Source of the DNA: Candidatus Krumholzibacteriota bacterium
GTDB taxonomy: Bacteria > Krumholzibacteriota > Krumholzibacteriia > JAJRXK01
Assembly (NCBI GenBank): GCA_963764625.1
Contig: CAVXTH010000005.1
Span: forward strand, 160,001 to 224,000
Reading direction: 5' to 3'
DNA: 64,000 nucleotides
In this document: one piece after another, positions 9,501 through 19,608 of the stretch
Layout: the number at the start of each line of letters is the position of its first letter
How positions within the stretch are numbered: position 1 is the first letter of the stretch
The notes under the pieces: model-generated
What the model was told of the DNA's origin: nothing
The model's database searches: none
What the model saw: the letters and a program-made list of their open reading frames with translations, nothing else
Program-made: the position numbers and the translations under genes

Positions 9501-10531
9501 GCTCGGGTTGATATCCCTCCGGCGGGCGTCCAGCGAAGCGCGGCGGCGCCCCAGGTGTAACCGGCGCCAAAGGTGGCAAAGAGCAGGGTGTCACCGGGCT
9601 TGATCTTCTTTTCGTCGTGAGCGATGCGCAAAGCGCCGGGAATGGTCGCCGATGTGGTGTTTCCGAGTCTGTCGATGGTCACCATCATGCGCTCGGGCGG
9701 CAGATTCAGCTTGCGGCGCGCAAAATCCATGATGCGCAGATTGGCCTGATGGGGAATGAAGAGGTCGATGTCCTCACTCTTCAGGCCCGCCTTCTCCAGC
9801 ACCCGTTGACTGATCTTGGTGATTCCTTCCACCGCGACTTTGAAGACCGCCTTGCCATCCTGCCAGAGGTAGTGCATGCCGGCGTCGACCGTCTCGTGAG
9901 TCGTTGGATGAAGGCTGCCTCCACCCTTCATGTACAGGTACTCCGCCCCCGAGCCATCGGCGCCGTTCTCCCAGGCCAGAATTCCCTCGGTATCATCCGG
10001 AAGACGCTGCACCACGGTAGCGGCGCCCGCGTCTCCGAAGAGGATGCAGGTATTGCGATCTTTCCAGTTCGCGATGGTGGACATGATCTCAGCGCCGACC
10101 ACGAGAACGTTATCATGGGCTCCTGACCGCACGAGGCTCTCCGCCAGGGCCAGAGAGTAGACGTAGCCGCTGCAGGCACCCAGAAGATCGAAGGCCCAGG
10201 CGTTCTTGGCGTTGATCTTCTCCTGCAGAATGCAGGCGGTGGAGGGAAAGATCATGTCGGGGGTCACCGTGGCCACGATGATGCAATCCACCTGGGCCGG
10301 ATCCACTCCGGCCATTTCGAGAGCCTGCATCGAGGCCGGTGCACCCAGTTCGCTGGCTGGAGTCCCCGGCTCGACGATATGACGCTCCCGGATGCCCGTG
10401 CGCTCCACGATCCACTTGTCGTCGGTGTCGACCATCTTCTCCAGATCGTGATTGGTGAGAACCCGCTCGGGGAGGTAGAGACCCACCCCGGTGATTCCCA
10501 CGTTCATCCTTGGCTTGCTTGACTGCGACAT
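9497..10531 (-). CDS. fabH: 3-oxoacyl-ACP synthase III
   Basis: ERTGIRER, GACSGY (catalytic Cys), HQANLRI, GNTTSATIP and FGAGYTWG motifs; GGAGG RBS before ATG 10531. Confidence 0.95.
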   Translation of the reverse strand: MSQSSKPRMNVGITGVGLYLPERVLTNHDLEKMVDTDDKWIVERTGIRERHIVEPGTPASELGAPASMQALEMAGVDPAQVDCIIVATVTPDMIFPSTACILQEKINAKNAWAFDLLGACSGYVYSLALAESLVRSGAHDNVLVVGAEIMSTIANWKDRNTCILFGDAGAATVVQRLPDDTEGILAWENGADGSGAEYLYMKGGGSLHPTTHETVDAGMHYLWQDGKAVFKVAVEGITKISQRVLEKAGLKSEDIDLFIPHQANLRIMDFARRKLNLPPERMMVTIDRLGNTTSATIPGALRIAHDEKKIKPGDTLLFATFGAGYTWGAAALRWTPAGGISTRA

Positions 10532-10597
10532 GACCCCTCCGGGTGGGTAAAGGCGATTCGTGACCTTAGGCCACCGCTCTCCGGCGTGCAAGCACGC

Positions 10598-11797
10598 TCA
10601 CGATAGGGCCGCGGTCACTTCGCGAAGGTAGGTGGAAAGGAGCTTCAGACCCTCCACCAGGGTCTCTTCCTCCACTCCGAATCCCAGGCGAAATCCTGTG
10701 GGCTCCTCGAAAAACGCACCCGGAGTGACGAGTACGCCATGCCGGCGTTTCAACTCCTCGATCCACCAAACGGTGGAATCCGGATCGCAATCGAGGCCGA
10801 AACCGAAGGCTCCGCTCACCCCCCGCGCACGCGCAGCGGCCGCGGCCTTCCGAGCCGCCTCTGCCTTGAGGCGACAGAAGGCGATGATGCCGTATTCGCT
10901 CAGGTCGGTCGTGAGGATGTCTGCGAGTTCGCGTGCCCACTCGGCCACCAAAGGGCGTCTCCGTCGCGCGAGTTCGCGTGCTCGCTCGTGGAGATTCTCC
11001 CTCTGTTCCCACGCTCTCAGGGCCACGGCTTGCGAAGGAATCGGCAGGAACACCGGCCCATAATCGCTCACGTTCAACGCGCCGGCGATCCACTCCGCCT
11101 CGGCAATCAGGGCGCTGCAGCGAATCGCTCCCAAACCCATGACCTTGGTGAAGGAACGGATCACGGCCGCCTCGGGCAAGACCTCAAGGAAGCTCCGCCG
11201 CTGCGTGTCGGGCAGGAATTCCAAATAGACTTCATCGCTCAGGACCGCGCAGCCGCACGCGCGGGACCACGCGGCCACCGCCTCCATTTCCTCCGCGCTC
11301 AGGCTGGCCATGCTGGGATTGTGGGGATGGCTCAGGACCAGGAGGCTGGGCGATCGGTCCGCGAACTCCTGCAGGCGATCGAGTGCGAGTCCCATGCTTC
11401 CGTCCGCGCGCCGACGCGGCAGACGCAGGACTTCCGCCTGCAGCGCGTGCGGAATGCGGCGCAGCGGCTCGTAGGCCGGTTCCTCGACGATCACCGGACC
11501 CGGCCAAAGTTCCAGACGCGCCGCCACCGCCAAGAAGACGTTCCAGTGGCTGCCCGGCTGCACCAACACTTCCCGGGGCTCGCGGTGCAGAGCGGCCGCG
11601 ATCCGATGCGCGAGCGGCGGGTAGTCGACTCCCGGCTCCGCGATGAGCTCGCTGGGGGCGAGATCCCGCAGCCACTCGCCCGGCGGCGGGCTCATTCCAC
11701 TGAGTACGAAGGAGTAGCGCACTCCCTCGTGGGTGGAAGGCTGCCGAATCCAGCGCAGGTACTCGATCGCGGGAAATTGCACTCGGAACTCTCCCAT
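10598..11797 (-). CDS. PLP-dependent aminotransferase, class I/II
   Basis: VEEPAYEP, HPHNPS, SDEVY, SFTK (PLP lysine) and PGAFF...FRLGFG motifs. Confidence 0.85.
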   Translation of the reverse strand: MGEFRVQFPAIEYLRWIRQPSTHEGVRYSFVLSGMSPPPGEWLRDLAPSELIAEPGVDYPPLAHRIAAALHREPREVLVQPGSHWNVFLAVAARLELWPGPVIVEEPAYEPLRRIPHALQAEVLRLPRRRADGSMGLALDRLQEFADRSPSLLVLSHPHNPSMASLSAEEMEAVAAWSRACGCAVLSDEVYLEFLPDTQRRSFLEVLPEAAVIRSFTKVMGLGAIRCSALIAEAEWIAGALNVSDYGPVFLPIPSQAVALRAWEQRENLHERARELARRRRPLVAEWARELADILTTDLSEYGIIAFCRLKAEAARKAAAAARARGVSGAFGFGLDCDPDSTVWWIEELKRRHGVLVTPGAFFEEPTGFRLGFGVEEETLVEGLKLLSTYLREVTAALS

Positions 11798-11825
11798 CCC
11801 CTTCAGAAGATCAAGGTCTTGACAT

Positions 11826-12548
11826 CTACAGAGACAGCCGCGAGGGATGGCGGGGCCGTTCCGCGCGGTTCCAGCTTCGTACGCAGATCGTCACCGCGGG
11901 AGCCAGAACCATGAGGAAGAGCAACCAGGGAAAGGTGGGAGGTCGTCCACCTTCCAGAATCGTGGCGGCAGGCCACATGAAGATTCCGACCAAGCTGAGC
12001 GCGGAGAGCCCGACCACGGCCCACTCCCAGCGGTGCACGCGGATCTTGCGGTAGCGGTCCCGCAGGCTGAAGATCGTCACCGAGGAAACCACCATGCACC
12101 CCGAGATCAGAATCGGCGCCCAGACTGGTCCCACCCAGGGCATGGGAGTGAGGAAGAGAATGTCCTCGGTGAACGGACTCGGGGGCCAGGCCAGCATCAC
12201 CCACAGCCACCCGTAGTAGAAGCTGTCCCAGATCCCGAATACGAAGAGGAAGGCGGCGAAGCGGCGCCAGGGATCGCGGGTCGTGAGCCAGGCCACGGAG
12301 AGAATCATGAGCAGAGTCGCCGATTCGCGCGCGATTTCGACCCAGGCGATGTGTTCGGGGATCACTTTGATGGGAAAGGCGAAGCCCTCGGGGTAGAAGA
12401 GGGCGCGCAGGTAGACCACCACCGAGGCTTCGAGTTGGGCCATGGCGATGGCGAAGATGAAGAGCCAGAGCAGCCGCCGGTACGTCGAGGGCGCCAGACG
12501 AGCGGCCGCGACCAACCATGGCAAGGGCTGACTGTTCGCTTTGGGCAT
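11826..12548 (-). CDS. Hypothetical integral membrane protein
   Basis: About six hydrophobic helices; EIARESATL, FGIWDSFYY and DILFLTPMPWVGPVWAP segments; GGAGG RBS. Confidence 0.7.
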   Translation of the reverse strand: MPKANSQPLPWLVAAARLAPSTYRRLLWLFIFAIAMAQLEASVVVYLRALFYPEGFAFPIKVIPEHIAWVEIARESATLLMILSVAWLTTRDPWRRFAAFLFVFGIWDSFYYGWLWVMLAWPPSPFTEDILFLTPMPWVGPVWAPILISGCMVVSSVTIFSLRDRYRKIRVHRWEWAVVGLSALSLVGIFMWPAATILEGGRPPTFPWLLFLMVLAPAVTICVRSWNRAERPRHPSRLSL

Positions 12549-12565
12549 GCGAACCTCCGAGAAGC

Positions 12566-12615
12566 CATGATATAGAGTAGGGGGCGTCCCCTAACGCCCC
12601 CTACTCTATATCATG
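12566..12615. repeat. Perfect 22-bp inverted repeat with 6-nt loop (hairpin or terminator candidate after rplQ)
   Basis: CATGATATAGAGTAGGGGGCGT-CCCCTA-ACGCCCCCTACTCTATATCATG; the arms are exact reverse complements. Confidence 0.9.
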
Positions 12616-12631
12616 AACGGCCGAAGCAGGG

Positions 12632-13261
12632 CTAGGCGTCCTTGGTCTCTTCGTCCTGCGCGGGAGCAGCCTCGCCGTTCTCGGCCGCTTCCACCGGCTC
12701 CGCCTCTTCTGCTTTGGCCTTGGCTTTGGCTTTGGGCTTCGCTTTGGATTTTGCCTTGGGTTTGGCCTCGGCCTCGATCTCCGCCTCGTCCTCGGGCTTC
12801 GCCTTGGCTTTGGCCTTGCCCTTGGCCGGCGCCTTGGTCCGCTTGGACTTGGCCGGCTTGGCCGCGGTCTTGCTGCTGGCCCGCTTCTTCTTGGGCCGGT
12901 CCCCGTCCTTCACGAACTCCAGGAGAGACATCTCCGCCGCATCGCCTTTGCGAACTCCGGAGAGCTTCAGCACCCGCGTGAATCCGCCCGGGCGTTCCTT
13001 GTAGCGTGGTCCCAGCTCGTCGAAGAGTTTCCGCACCGCATCCTTGTCGTTGAGAATGCTCGCGACATGACGGCGCGCGTGAAGGTCACCCCGCTTGGCG
13101 AAGGTGATCATGCGCTCGGCCAGCCTTCGAGCTTCCTTGGCCCGAGGCGTGGTCGTCTTGATTCGCTCGTGAGTGATCAGAGCGATCACCAGATTCCGAT
13201 ACAGCGCCTTGCGGTGCGTGGCATCGATTCCCAGCTTACGCCCGTCAACCTTGTGTCGCAT
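12632..13261 (-). CDS. rplQ: 50S ribosomal protein L17 with Ala/Lys/Glu-rich C-terminal tail
   Basis: [11 protein letters not shown]...[11 protein letters not shown]...[11 protein letters not shown]. Confidence 0.97.
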   Translation of the reverse strand: MRHKVDGRKLGIDATHRKALYRNLVIALITHERIKTTTPRAKEARRLAERMITFAKRGDLHARRHVASILNDKDAVRKLFDELGPRYKERPGGFTRVLKLSGVRKGDAAEMSLLEFVKDGDRPKKKRASSKTAAKPAKSKRTKAPAKGKAKAKAKPEDEAEIEAEAKPKAKSKAKPKAKAKAKAEEAEPVEAAENGEAAPAQDEETKDA

Positions 13262-13288
13262 TACCGATCTTCCTCGCGCCTTAAATTC

Positions 13289-14302
13289 CTAGGAGGCAAC
13301 CGAGGCCGCCTCGTTTTCGCCTTTGACCAGACGAACGACTTCGTCCTCGAAACTCATGCCGAACCGCAATCCCATGCCCTCGAGGATTTCCCCGATTTCG
13401 TTGAGACTCTTGCGGCCGAAATTGCGAAACTTGAGCATTTCGCTCTCTGAACGGGTCACCAGATCGAAGATGCTATCGATATGGCCCGCCTTGAGACAAT
13501 TGGCCGACCTGACGGAAAGCTCGAGCTCGTCCACACTACGCTTGAGCATCTCGGCCAGCTTCTCGGTGTCCTCATCTACCTCGCTTTGAGGTTGATCGAT
13601 CGGCTCCTCGTCGAAGTTGATGAAGAGCTGCATGTGATCCTTGAGGATCTTGGCAGAATACGCCAAGGCGTCCTCGGGACTCACGCTGCCGTCGGTTTCG
13701 ATCTCCAAAATGAGGCGATCGTAGTCGGTCCGTTGCCCGACGCGCGTGTCCTCCACGCGGTACGCCACCTTGACCAGGGGCGAGTAGCTCGCGTCCAGTT
13801 TCATCACGCCGATGGACTCGTCGGGGATCTCGGTCTCCTCGCGATCGACATAACCCCGTCCGTAGTCCAGGTAGATCTGGGCCTTGAACACGCCGCCCTC
13901 AGCCAGAGTACAGATGATCTGATCCGGATTGACGATGCTCACGCCGGTGGCGCAGTTGATCATACCTGCGGTGACGGTGCCTTCCTGATCTGCTTCGAGA
14001 CTCATCCAACAGGGTTCGTCTCTGTCGAACTTGAACACGACCTGCTTGAAATTGAGCAGGATGTCCGTCACATCCTCGATCACGCCGGAAATGATGCTCA
14101 GTTCGTGGCGTACGCCTTCGATCTTTACCGCGGTGACCGCCGCGCCTTGGATGGCAGCCAACAGTGTCCGCCGGAAAGCGTTCCCGATGGTCAGGCCGAA
14201 GCCTCGCTCGAGGGGTTGAATCACCAACTGGGCGTTGTTCCCTTCGATCTTGCTCAGCTCGGGATCAATGCCTTTGGGCATCAAGAGGTTTTTCCACTTC
14301 AT
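13289..14302 (-). CDS. rpoA: RNA polymerase alpha subunit
   Basis: PLERGFGLTIGNAFRR and LELSVRSANCL...NFGRKSL motifs. Confidence 0.98.
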   Translation of the reverse strand: MKWKNLLMPKGIDPELSKIEGNNAQLVIQPLERGFGLTIGNAFRRTLLAAIQGAAVTAVKIEGVRHELSIISGVIEDVTDILLNFKQVVFKFDRDEPCWMSLEADQEGTVTAGMINCATGVSIVNPDQIICTLAEGGVFKAQIYLDYGRGYVDREETEIPDESIGVMKLDASYSPLVKVAYRVEDTRVGQRTDYDRLILEIETDGSVSPEDALAYSAKILKDHMQLFINFDEEPIDQPQSEVDEDTEKLAEMLKRSVDELELSVRSANCLKAGHIDSIFDLVTRSESEMLKFRNFGRKSLNEIGEILEGMGLRFGMSFEDEVVRLVKGENEAASVAS

Positions 14303-14362
14303 TCTCGCATCCCTCTTCCTTGATGGGCTAGTGGACGATCGTCGTTCCGCTCGTCTCGCGCA

Positions 14363-14995
14363 TTAGACCTTCGAATAGAGCTCGATGATCAGATTTTCCT
14401 GAATGGGAATCGGGAGATCACCCTTCGTGGGCTCCCGCAAGAGTTGTCCGCTGAACGAAGCAGCATCGAGTTCGGCGAAAGGCAGCGGGGTTCTGCGATT
14501 TGCCGACTTGATCGACTCCACGATCACCGGCATGTTCCGGCTCCGCTGTCGGATCGAAACCCTCGCACCCACGTCGACCGGCGCGCTGGCGATGTTGACC
14601 CTCTTGCCGTCCACAAGCACGTGATTGTGGTTCACGAGTTGGCGTGCGGCGTCGCGGCTCGGAGCCAGGCCGAGACGATAGACCACGTTATCCAAACGCG
14701 TCTCCAGGATCTGAAAGAGATTTCCTCCCGTCTCGCCACGGCGTCGCGTCGCTTCGGCAAAATTCCGGCGGAATTGCCGCTCCAGAACACCATAGATCGA
14801 GCGCACCTTCTGCTTCTCGCGAAGCTGGAGTTTGTACTCCGAGGGCTTGCTCTGCCGACGACGGCCGTGCTCGCCGGGCCCATAGGGGCGCTTCTCCACC
14901 GCGCACTTGTCGCTGAAGCAGCGCTCACCCTTGAGAAAAAGCTGCATGCCTTCGCGGCGGCAGAGCTTACACTTCGGGTCGAGATACCGTGCCAT
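14363..14995 (-). CDS. rpsD: 30S ribosomal protein S4
   Basis: MARYLDPKCKLCRREG, QLREKQK and LETRLDNVVYRLG motifs. Confidence 0.98.
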   Translation of the reverse strand: MARYLDPKCKLCRREGMQLFLKGERCFSDKCAVEKRPYGPGEHGRRRQSKPSEYKLQLREKQKVRSIYGVLERQFRRNFAEATRRRGETGGNLFQILETRLDNVVYRLGLAPSRDAARQLVNHNHVLVDGKRVNIASAPVDVGARVSIRQRSRNMPVIVESIKSANRRTPLPFAELDAASFSGQLLREPTKGDLPIPIQENLIIELYSKV

Positions 14996-15058
14996 CTGTC
15001 CGTACTACCTCCGGCCGTTCCTCTTTGGAAACGACATCGAGAATGATTGTCCTGCCGA

Positions 15059-15445
15059 CTATCGGCGCCTGCGGGGCTGGCGGGTGCCGTTGTGCGGCAC
15101 CGCGGTCACGTCCTTGATCCGCGCGACTTCGAGGCCCGAGGATTTCAGGCTGCGGATCGCTGCCTCGCGACCACTACCCGGCCCCTTCACCCAGATCTCG
15201 ACCTTCTTCATGCCCATTTGCTGCACTTCGTCAGCGCATTGACGCGCGGCCATCTGCGCGGCATAGGCAGTGCTCTTGCGCGAACCCTTGTTTCCCACTT
15301 TTCCGCCGCTGTTCCAGGCGACGACGTTGCCGGCGGTATCGGTGATAGTGATGATCGTGTTGTTAAAACTCGATTTCACGTGGGCAACACCGAACGCGTC
15401 GACCTTCTTTTTGACTTTTCTACTCTTGCCCTTCTTGGCAACCAC
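15059..15445 (-). CDS. rpsK: 30S ribosomal protein S11
   Basis: [23 protein letters not shown] and DVTAVPHNG motifs. Confidence 0.98.
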   Translation of the reverse strand: MVAKKGKSRKVKKKVDAFGVAHVKSSFNNTIITITDTAGNVVAWNSGGKVGNKGSRKSTAYAAQMAARQCADEVQQMGMKKVEIWVKGPGSGREAAIRSLKSSGLEVARIKDVTAVPHNGTRQPRRRR

Positions 15446-15500
15446 GCTTCCTCCTAACGAGTCCTACCGATTTCGGGGTAGGGGTCTTGGCGCGAACGCC

Positions 15501-15869
15501 CTAGCTTTTCTTGGCGCCCGGCCGAGACTTGGGTCCCTTGCGGGTACGCGCATTGTTCTTCGTGTTCTGGCCGCGGGCCGGAAGGTGCCGGCGGTGACGC
15601 AATCCCCGATAGCAGCCGATGTCCTCGAGGCGCTGAATGTTCATCGAGGTTTCAGCCCGAAGCGCGCCCTCGACCTGGTAATCCTTCTCGATCAGGTTTC
15701 GAATGAGCTTGGATTGCTCTTCCGATAGATCCTTCGTTTTCACTTCGGTGTCGACCTGACACTTCTCGCAGATCTTGCGAGCGCGCGTCGGGCCGATTCC
15801 ATAGATGTACGTCAACGAGGTCACGATCCGCTTCTCGTTGGGAATGTCGACTCCGGCAATGCGTGCCAC
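15501..15869 (-). CDS. rpsM: 30S ribosomal protein S13
   Basis: [10 protein letters not shown] and [26 protein letters not shown] motifs. Confidence 0.98.
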   Translation of the reverse strand: MARIAGVDIPNEKRIVTSLTYIYGIGPTRARKICEKCQVDTEVKTKDLSEEQSKLIRNLIEKDYQVEGALRAETSMNIQRLEDIGCYRGLRHRRHLPARGQNTKNNARTRKGPKSRPGAKKS

Positions 15870-15930
15870 CTGATGGCTCCTTTCCGCGCGCCGCTCTCAT
15901 CGGCGCGGTAGCGATTCTCGCTACTGAAGA

Positions 15931-16044
15931 CTAGCCCTGCCGCTGTACGTGGCGGCGGTTCTCGCAGATCACTCGCACCTTTCCATTGCGTCGGATGATC
16001 TTGCACTTGTCACAGATTTTCTTGACGGACGCGCGCACTTTCAT
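15931..16044 (-). CDS. rpmJ: 50S ribosomal protein L36 (Zn-binding form)
   Basis: Hand translation [37 protein letters not shown]; absent from the ORF track. Confidence 0.96.
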   Translation of the reverse strand: MKVRASVKKICDKCKIIRRNGKVRVICENRRHVQRQG

Positions 16045-16052
16045 GGCATCCC

Positions 16053-16271
16053 TCACTTGTAGCGGTAGACGATTCGTCCGCGGGTCAGGTCGTACGGAGA
16101 AAGCTCCAGCGTGACTTTGTCCCCCGGAAGGATCCGGATGAAATGCATGCGCATCTTCCCCGATACGTGGGCCAACACTACATGCTTGTTCTCGAGCTCG
16201 ACACGAAACATGGCGTTGGGCAGAGCCTCCACCACGGTTCCTTCGACTGAAATTGATTCCTCTTTGGCCAT
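16053..16271 (-). CDS. infA: Translation initiation factor IF-1
   Basis: [14 protein letters not shown]...[17 protein letters not shown]. Confidence 0.98.
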   Translation of the reverse strand: MAKEESISVEGTVVEALPNAMFRVELENKHVVLAHVSGKMRMHFIRILPGDKVTLELSPYDLTRGRIVYRYK

Positions 16272-16303
16272 ATCCTCTTACGCTTCCTTCGGCGACCGTG
16301 GCT

Positions 16304-17071
16304 TCATCGAGCCGTCAAGACTTTCGGGCCCTCGTCCGTGATCGCCACCGTGTGCTCATAGTGAGCCGATCTCGTCCTGTCCGCCGTCACCACGGTCCAC
16401 TCATCAGGAAGCGTCAGGACCTCCTTGCCGCCCAAATTGAACATGGGTTCGATCGCGAGCACCAAGCCCACCTCGAGTTTGGGATTCGGCATCGTCATGC
16501 ACTCGTAGTTCGGCACCTGTGGATCTTCGTGGAGCGAGGTTCCGATTCCGTGCCCGACGAGCTGTTCGACTATGCCGTAGCCCTTTTCCTTCGCGTGCTT
16601 CTCGACCGCTCGGCCGATGTCCGCAATGCGGTTCCCTACCACGCAGGCGTCCAAGCCCGCCAGGAGTCCGCGTTTGGTCGTCTCGCACAGCTCCACGAAT
16701 TCCGGCTCGACCTCGCCCACCATGAAGGTCTCGGCACTGTCCGAGTGCCACCCGTTCTGGATGAGACCGATGTCCATGCCCACGATATCGCCGTCCTCGA
16801 TGACCCTATCGCCGGGGATACCATGAACGACTTCCTCGTTGATCGAGATGCACACCGAAGCGGGATACCCGTGGTAGCCCTTGAACGACGGGATGCAGTT
16901 CATGTCCCGAATCCACTTCTCCACCTTGCGGTCCAGTTCGATGGTCTTGACGCCCGGGCAAACCTCGTCATCCCGCAGGCGCAGAAAGACCTGCGCCAAG
17001 CTTCTGCCCGCGGCGGCCATGAGGTCGATCTCGCGCGAGCTCTTGAGATTAATCGACTGCGTCCAAGACAC
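16304..17071 (-). CDS. map: Methionine aminopeptidase type I
   Basis: [27 protein letters not shown] and SAHYEHT motifs. Confidence 0.97.
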   Translation of the reverse strand: MSWTQSINLKSSREIDLMAAAGRSLAQVFLRLRDDEVCPGVKTIELDRKVEKWIRDMNCIPSFKGYHGYPASVCISINEEVVHGIPGDRVIEDGDIVGMDIGLIQNGWHSDSAETFMVGEVEPEFVELCETTKRGLLAGLDACVVGNRIADIGRAVEKHAKEKGYGIVEQLVGHGIGTSLHEDPQVPNYECMTMPNPKLEVGLVLAIEPMFNLGGKEVLTLPDEWTVVTADRTRSAHYEHTVAITDEGPKVLTAR

Positions 17072-17618
17072 TTTCTATCCGTTCCGCTATGTCTTCGATC
17101 GAACCCACCCCGTCGATGTCGACGATGTCCACGCCTTGGCTCTCCAGATAGCGCAGAACGGGTTCGGTCTGTTCTTCGTAGACCTTCAGCCGGTGCTGAA
17201 TGGTCTCTCTCGTATCGTCCGTACGGCCTCTCAAAAGCAGCCGCTCGACGATCGTCTCGTCGGGCACCCTGAGCAGAAGAGCCGCCTCGACGCCTCTTCC
17301 GCCGCCCTCGACCAGCAAGGCCAGAAGCGCCTCGGCCTGCGGCACCGTTCTCGGATAGCCATCCAGCATGAATCCACGCTTGACGCCATCCTCGGCCAAC
17401 CGCATGGCGACCAGTTCGAGCATGAGCTCGTCGCCGACCAGATTTCCGCTTTCCACCACCGCCTTGACCCGCTGACCGACTGCGCTGCCGGTCCTCATGG
17501 CCTCGCGAAGGATCTCGCCGGTGGAGACGTGATCCAGACCTCGCTTGGCACAAATCCTGGCGGCCTGAGTTCCCTTACCGGAGCCCGGAGGACCCATGAT
17601 GAGCACTCGCTTGGCCAT
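17049..17618 (-). CDS. adk: Adenylate kinase (short-LID type)
   Basis: GPPGSGKGTQA, LDGYPRT and GRTDD motifs. Confidence 0.96.
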   Translation of the reverse strand: MAKRVLIMGPPGSGKGTQAARICAKRGLDHVSTGEILREAMRTGSAVGQRVKAVVESGNLVGDELMLELVAMRLAEDGVKRGFMLDGYPRTVPQAEALLALLVEGGGRGVEAALLLRVPDETIVERLLLRGRTDDTRETIQHRLKVYEEQTEPVLRYLESQGVDIVDIDGVGSIEDIAERIESVLDAVD

Positions 17619-17628
17619 CTTTCTTTTC

Positions 17629-18945
17629 CTAACGCCGTCCCCGCAGCTTGCCCTTCTTCATGAAGCCATCGTAGTGGCGCATGAGAAGGTGGCTTTCGAT
17701 CTGCTGCAGAGTGTCCAGAGTCACGCCAACGACGATCAGCAGCCCTGTACCTCCGAAATAGAACGGGACATGCGCCTGACGAATCAGGATGTCAGGCAGC
17801 ACCGCAATCGCAGCCAGGAAAATCGAACCGGGCAGAGTCACTCGCGTGAGGACCCGGTCGATGTACTCCGCAGTCCTCTTTCCCGGACGGATACCGGGAA
17901 TGAAGCCCCCGTACTTCTTCATGTTGTCCGCGAGATCGACCGGATTCAGCACGACTGCGGTGTAGAAGTACGAGAAGAAAATGATGATGATCGAGTAGAT
18001 CCCGATGTAAACCGGGGCCCCGGGCCGGAAGATCCCCGCAATGGCCATCATGGCCGGACTGTTGGGGAAATAGTTCGCCAGGGTCGCTGGTAGCATGATG
18101 ATCGACTGGGCAAAGATGATCGGGATCACTCCGGCCGTGTTCACTTTCAAGGGAATGTGCGTCTGCGCGCCCCCATACATCCGTCGGCCGACCATCTTCT
18201 TGGCGTATTGCACCGGAATCCGTCGTTGGCCCTGCGTGATCAGAATGATGGCGGCGATCACTGCTACCATGAAGATCAACAGGACGACCAGCTTGAAATA
18301 GTGCATCTCTCCCAGCTTCAACTGCTGGATCGTGCGCAGGACGTCCGAGGGATACCGCGCGATGATTCCGATCGTGATGATCAGGGAGATTCCGTTGCCG
18401 ATTCCCCGGTCGGTGATCTGTTCGCCCAACCACATCACGAAGACGGTTCCAGTGACCAGCGTGCTCACGGTTACGATCTTAAAGAGCATGCCGGGATGCG
18501 GGACCACGGGTTCGCCGGCGATGCCCTTGAGAGAGGACAGGAAGATGCTGATTCCCACGGCCTGAATGAAGGCCAGTCCCACCGTGCCGTAGCGAGTGTA
18601 CTGGGTGATCTTCTTGCGGCCCTCCTCGCCCTCTTTGGCCAGCCGCTCGAAATAGGGAACGACCGCCTGTAAGAGCTGCAGGATGATGCTCGCCGAGATG
18701 TAGGGCATGATTCCCAGGGCGAAGATGGTGGCCTTGGAGAAGTTGCCTCCGGCAAACATATCGTAGAGGCCCAAGAGCCCCCCGGCCTGAGCCGCGAAAA
18801 AGCCACGCAGAGCGGAGCTGTCGATCCCGGGCGTAACGATGTGTCCACCCAACCGGTATATGATCAGAATCCCGGCCGTGAACAGGATCCGGCGCTTGAG
18901 CTCCGGAATCCTGAACATGTTCTGATAGCCCTCTGTGAGCTTCAC
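17629..18945 (-). CDS. secY: Preprotein translocase SecY
   Basis: IFALGIMPYISASII, GIGNGISL and GGFIPGIRPG motifs. Confidence 0.98.
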   Translation of the reverse strand: MKLTEGYQNMFRIPELKRRILFTAGILIIYRLGGHIVTPGIDSSALRGFFAAQAGGLLGLYDMFAGGNFSKATIFALGIMPYISASIILQLLQAVVPYFERLAKEGEEGRKKITQYTRYGTVGLAFIQAVGISIFLSSLKGIAGEPVVPHPGMLFKIVTVSTLVTGTVFVMWLGEQITDRGIGNGISLIITIGIIARYPSDVLRTIQQLKLGEMHYFKLVVLLIFMVAVIAAIILITQGQRRIPVQYAKKMVGRRMYGGAQTHIPLKVNTAGVIPIIFAQSIIMLPATLANYFPNSPAMMAIAGIFRPGAPVYIGIYSIIIIFFSYFYTAVVLNPVDLADNMKKYGGFIPGIRPGKRTAEYIDRVLTRVTLPGSIFLAAIAVLPDILIRQAHVPFYFGGTGLLIVVGVTLDTLQQIESHLLMRHYDGFMKKGKLRGRR

Positions 18946-18966
18946 GCTCGAGTCCTTCCCGGAAAC

Positions 18967-19416
18967 CTAGTCGGCTTCCTTCACCGTGACCTGTCCGCCG
19001 GCGGCTGAGATCGCGTCGATGGCGGCCTTGCTGGCTCGATCCACTTCCACCTTGTATGCACGTTCGATCGCACCGTCGGCCAAGAGCTTAACTGGCTGGT
19101 CCGGCCGATGGATCAATCCCGCTTCGTAGAGAATCTTCGCGTTCACGGTGAGTTCCTCGCCCAGCCGCGTCAAATCTCGCAGGTTGATGATCTGGTAGGT
19201 CTTGGCGAAGGGATTCTTGAATCCGCGCTTGGGCACGCGTCGGTTGAGCGGCATCTGCCCACCCTCGAACCAAGGACGGTGCTTGGCACCCGAGCGTGCC
19301 TTTTGACCTTTGTGTCCCTTGCCCGCCGTCTTGCCATTGCCCGTACCCAGGCCTCGACCCTTGGGCGGCTTGGGCTTTCTGTACCCCGCGGGGCGGGAAA
19401 TCTCGTTCAGCTTCAT
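18967..19416 (-). CDS. rplO: 50S ribosomal protein L15
   Basis: GKGHKGQKARSG...FEGGQMPL..RVPKRGF. Confidence 0.97.
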   Translation of the reverse strand: MKLNEISRPAGYRKPKPPKGRGLGTGNGKTAGKGHKGQKARSGAKHRPWFEGGQMPLNRRVPKRGFKNPFAKTYQIINLRDLTRLGEELTVNAKILYEAGLIHRPDQPVKLLADGAIERAYKVEVDRASKAAIDAISAAGGQVTVKEAD

Positions 19417-19419
19417 CGG

Positions 19420-19605
19420 CTATTCCTCCACCGTCTCCACCCGCACCAGATGGGGGATCTTCTTGCACATCCCCATGATGGTGGGAGAGTCGTCATGCAC
19501 TACGCTGGTCTGGTTGCGCCGAAGGCCCAGCGCCACCAGGATGCGTTTCTGCTTTTCAGGGCGGTCGATGCCGCTGCGAACTTGTGTGATCTTGATTCGC
19601 GCCAT
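19420..19605 (-). CDS. rpmD: 50S ribosomal protein L30
   Basis: IKITQVRSGI...ALGLRR; position in the spc operon. Confidence 0.95.
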   Translation of the reverse strand: MARIKITQVRSGIDRPEKQKRILVALGLRRNQTSVVHDDSPTIMGMCKKIPHLVRVETVEE

Positions 19606-19608
19606 GAG

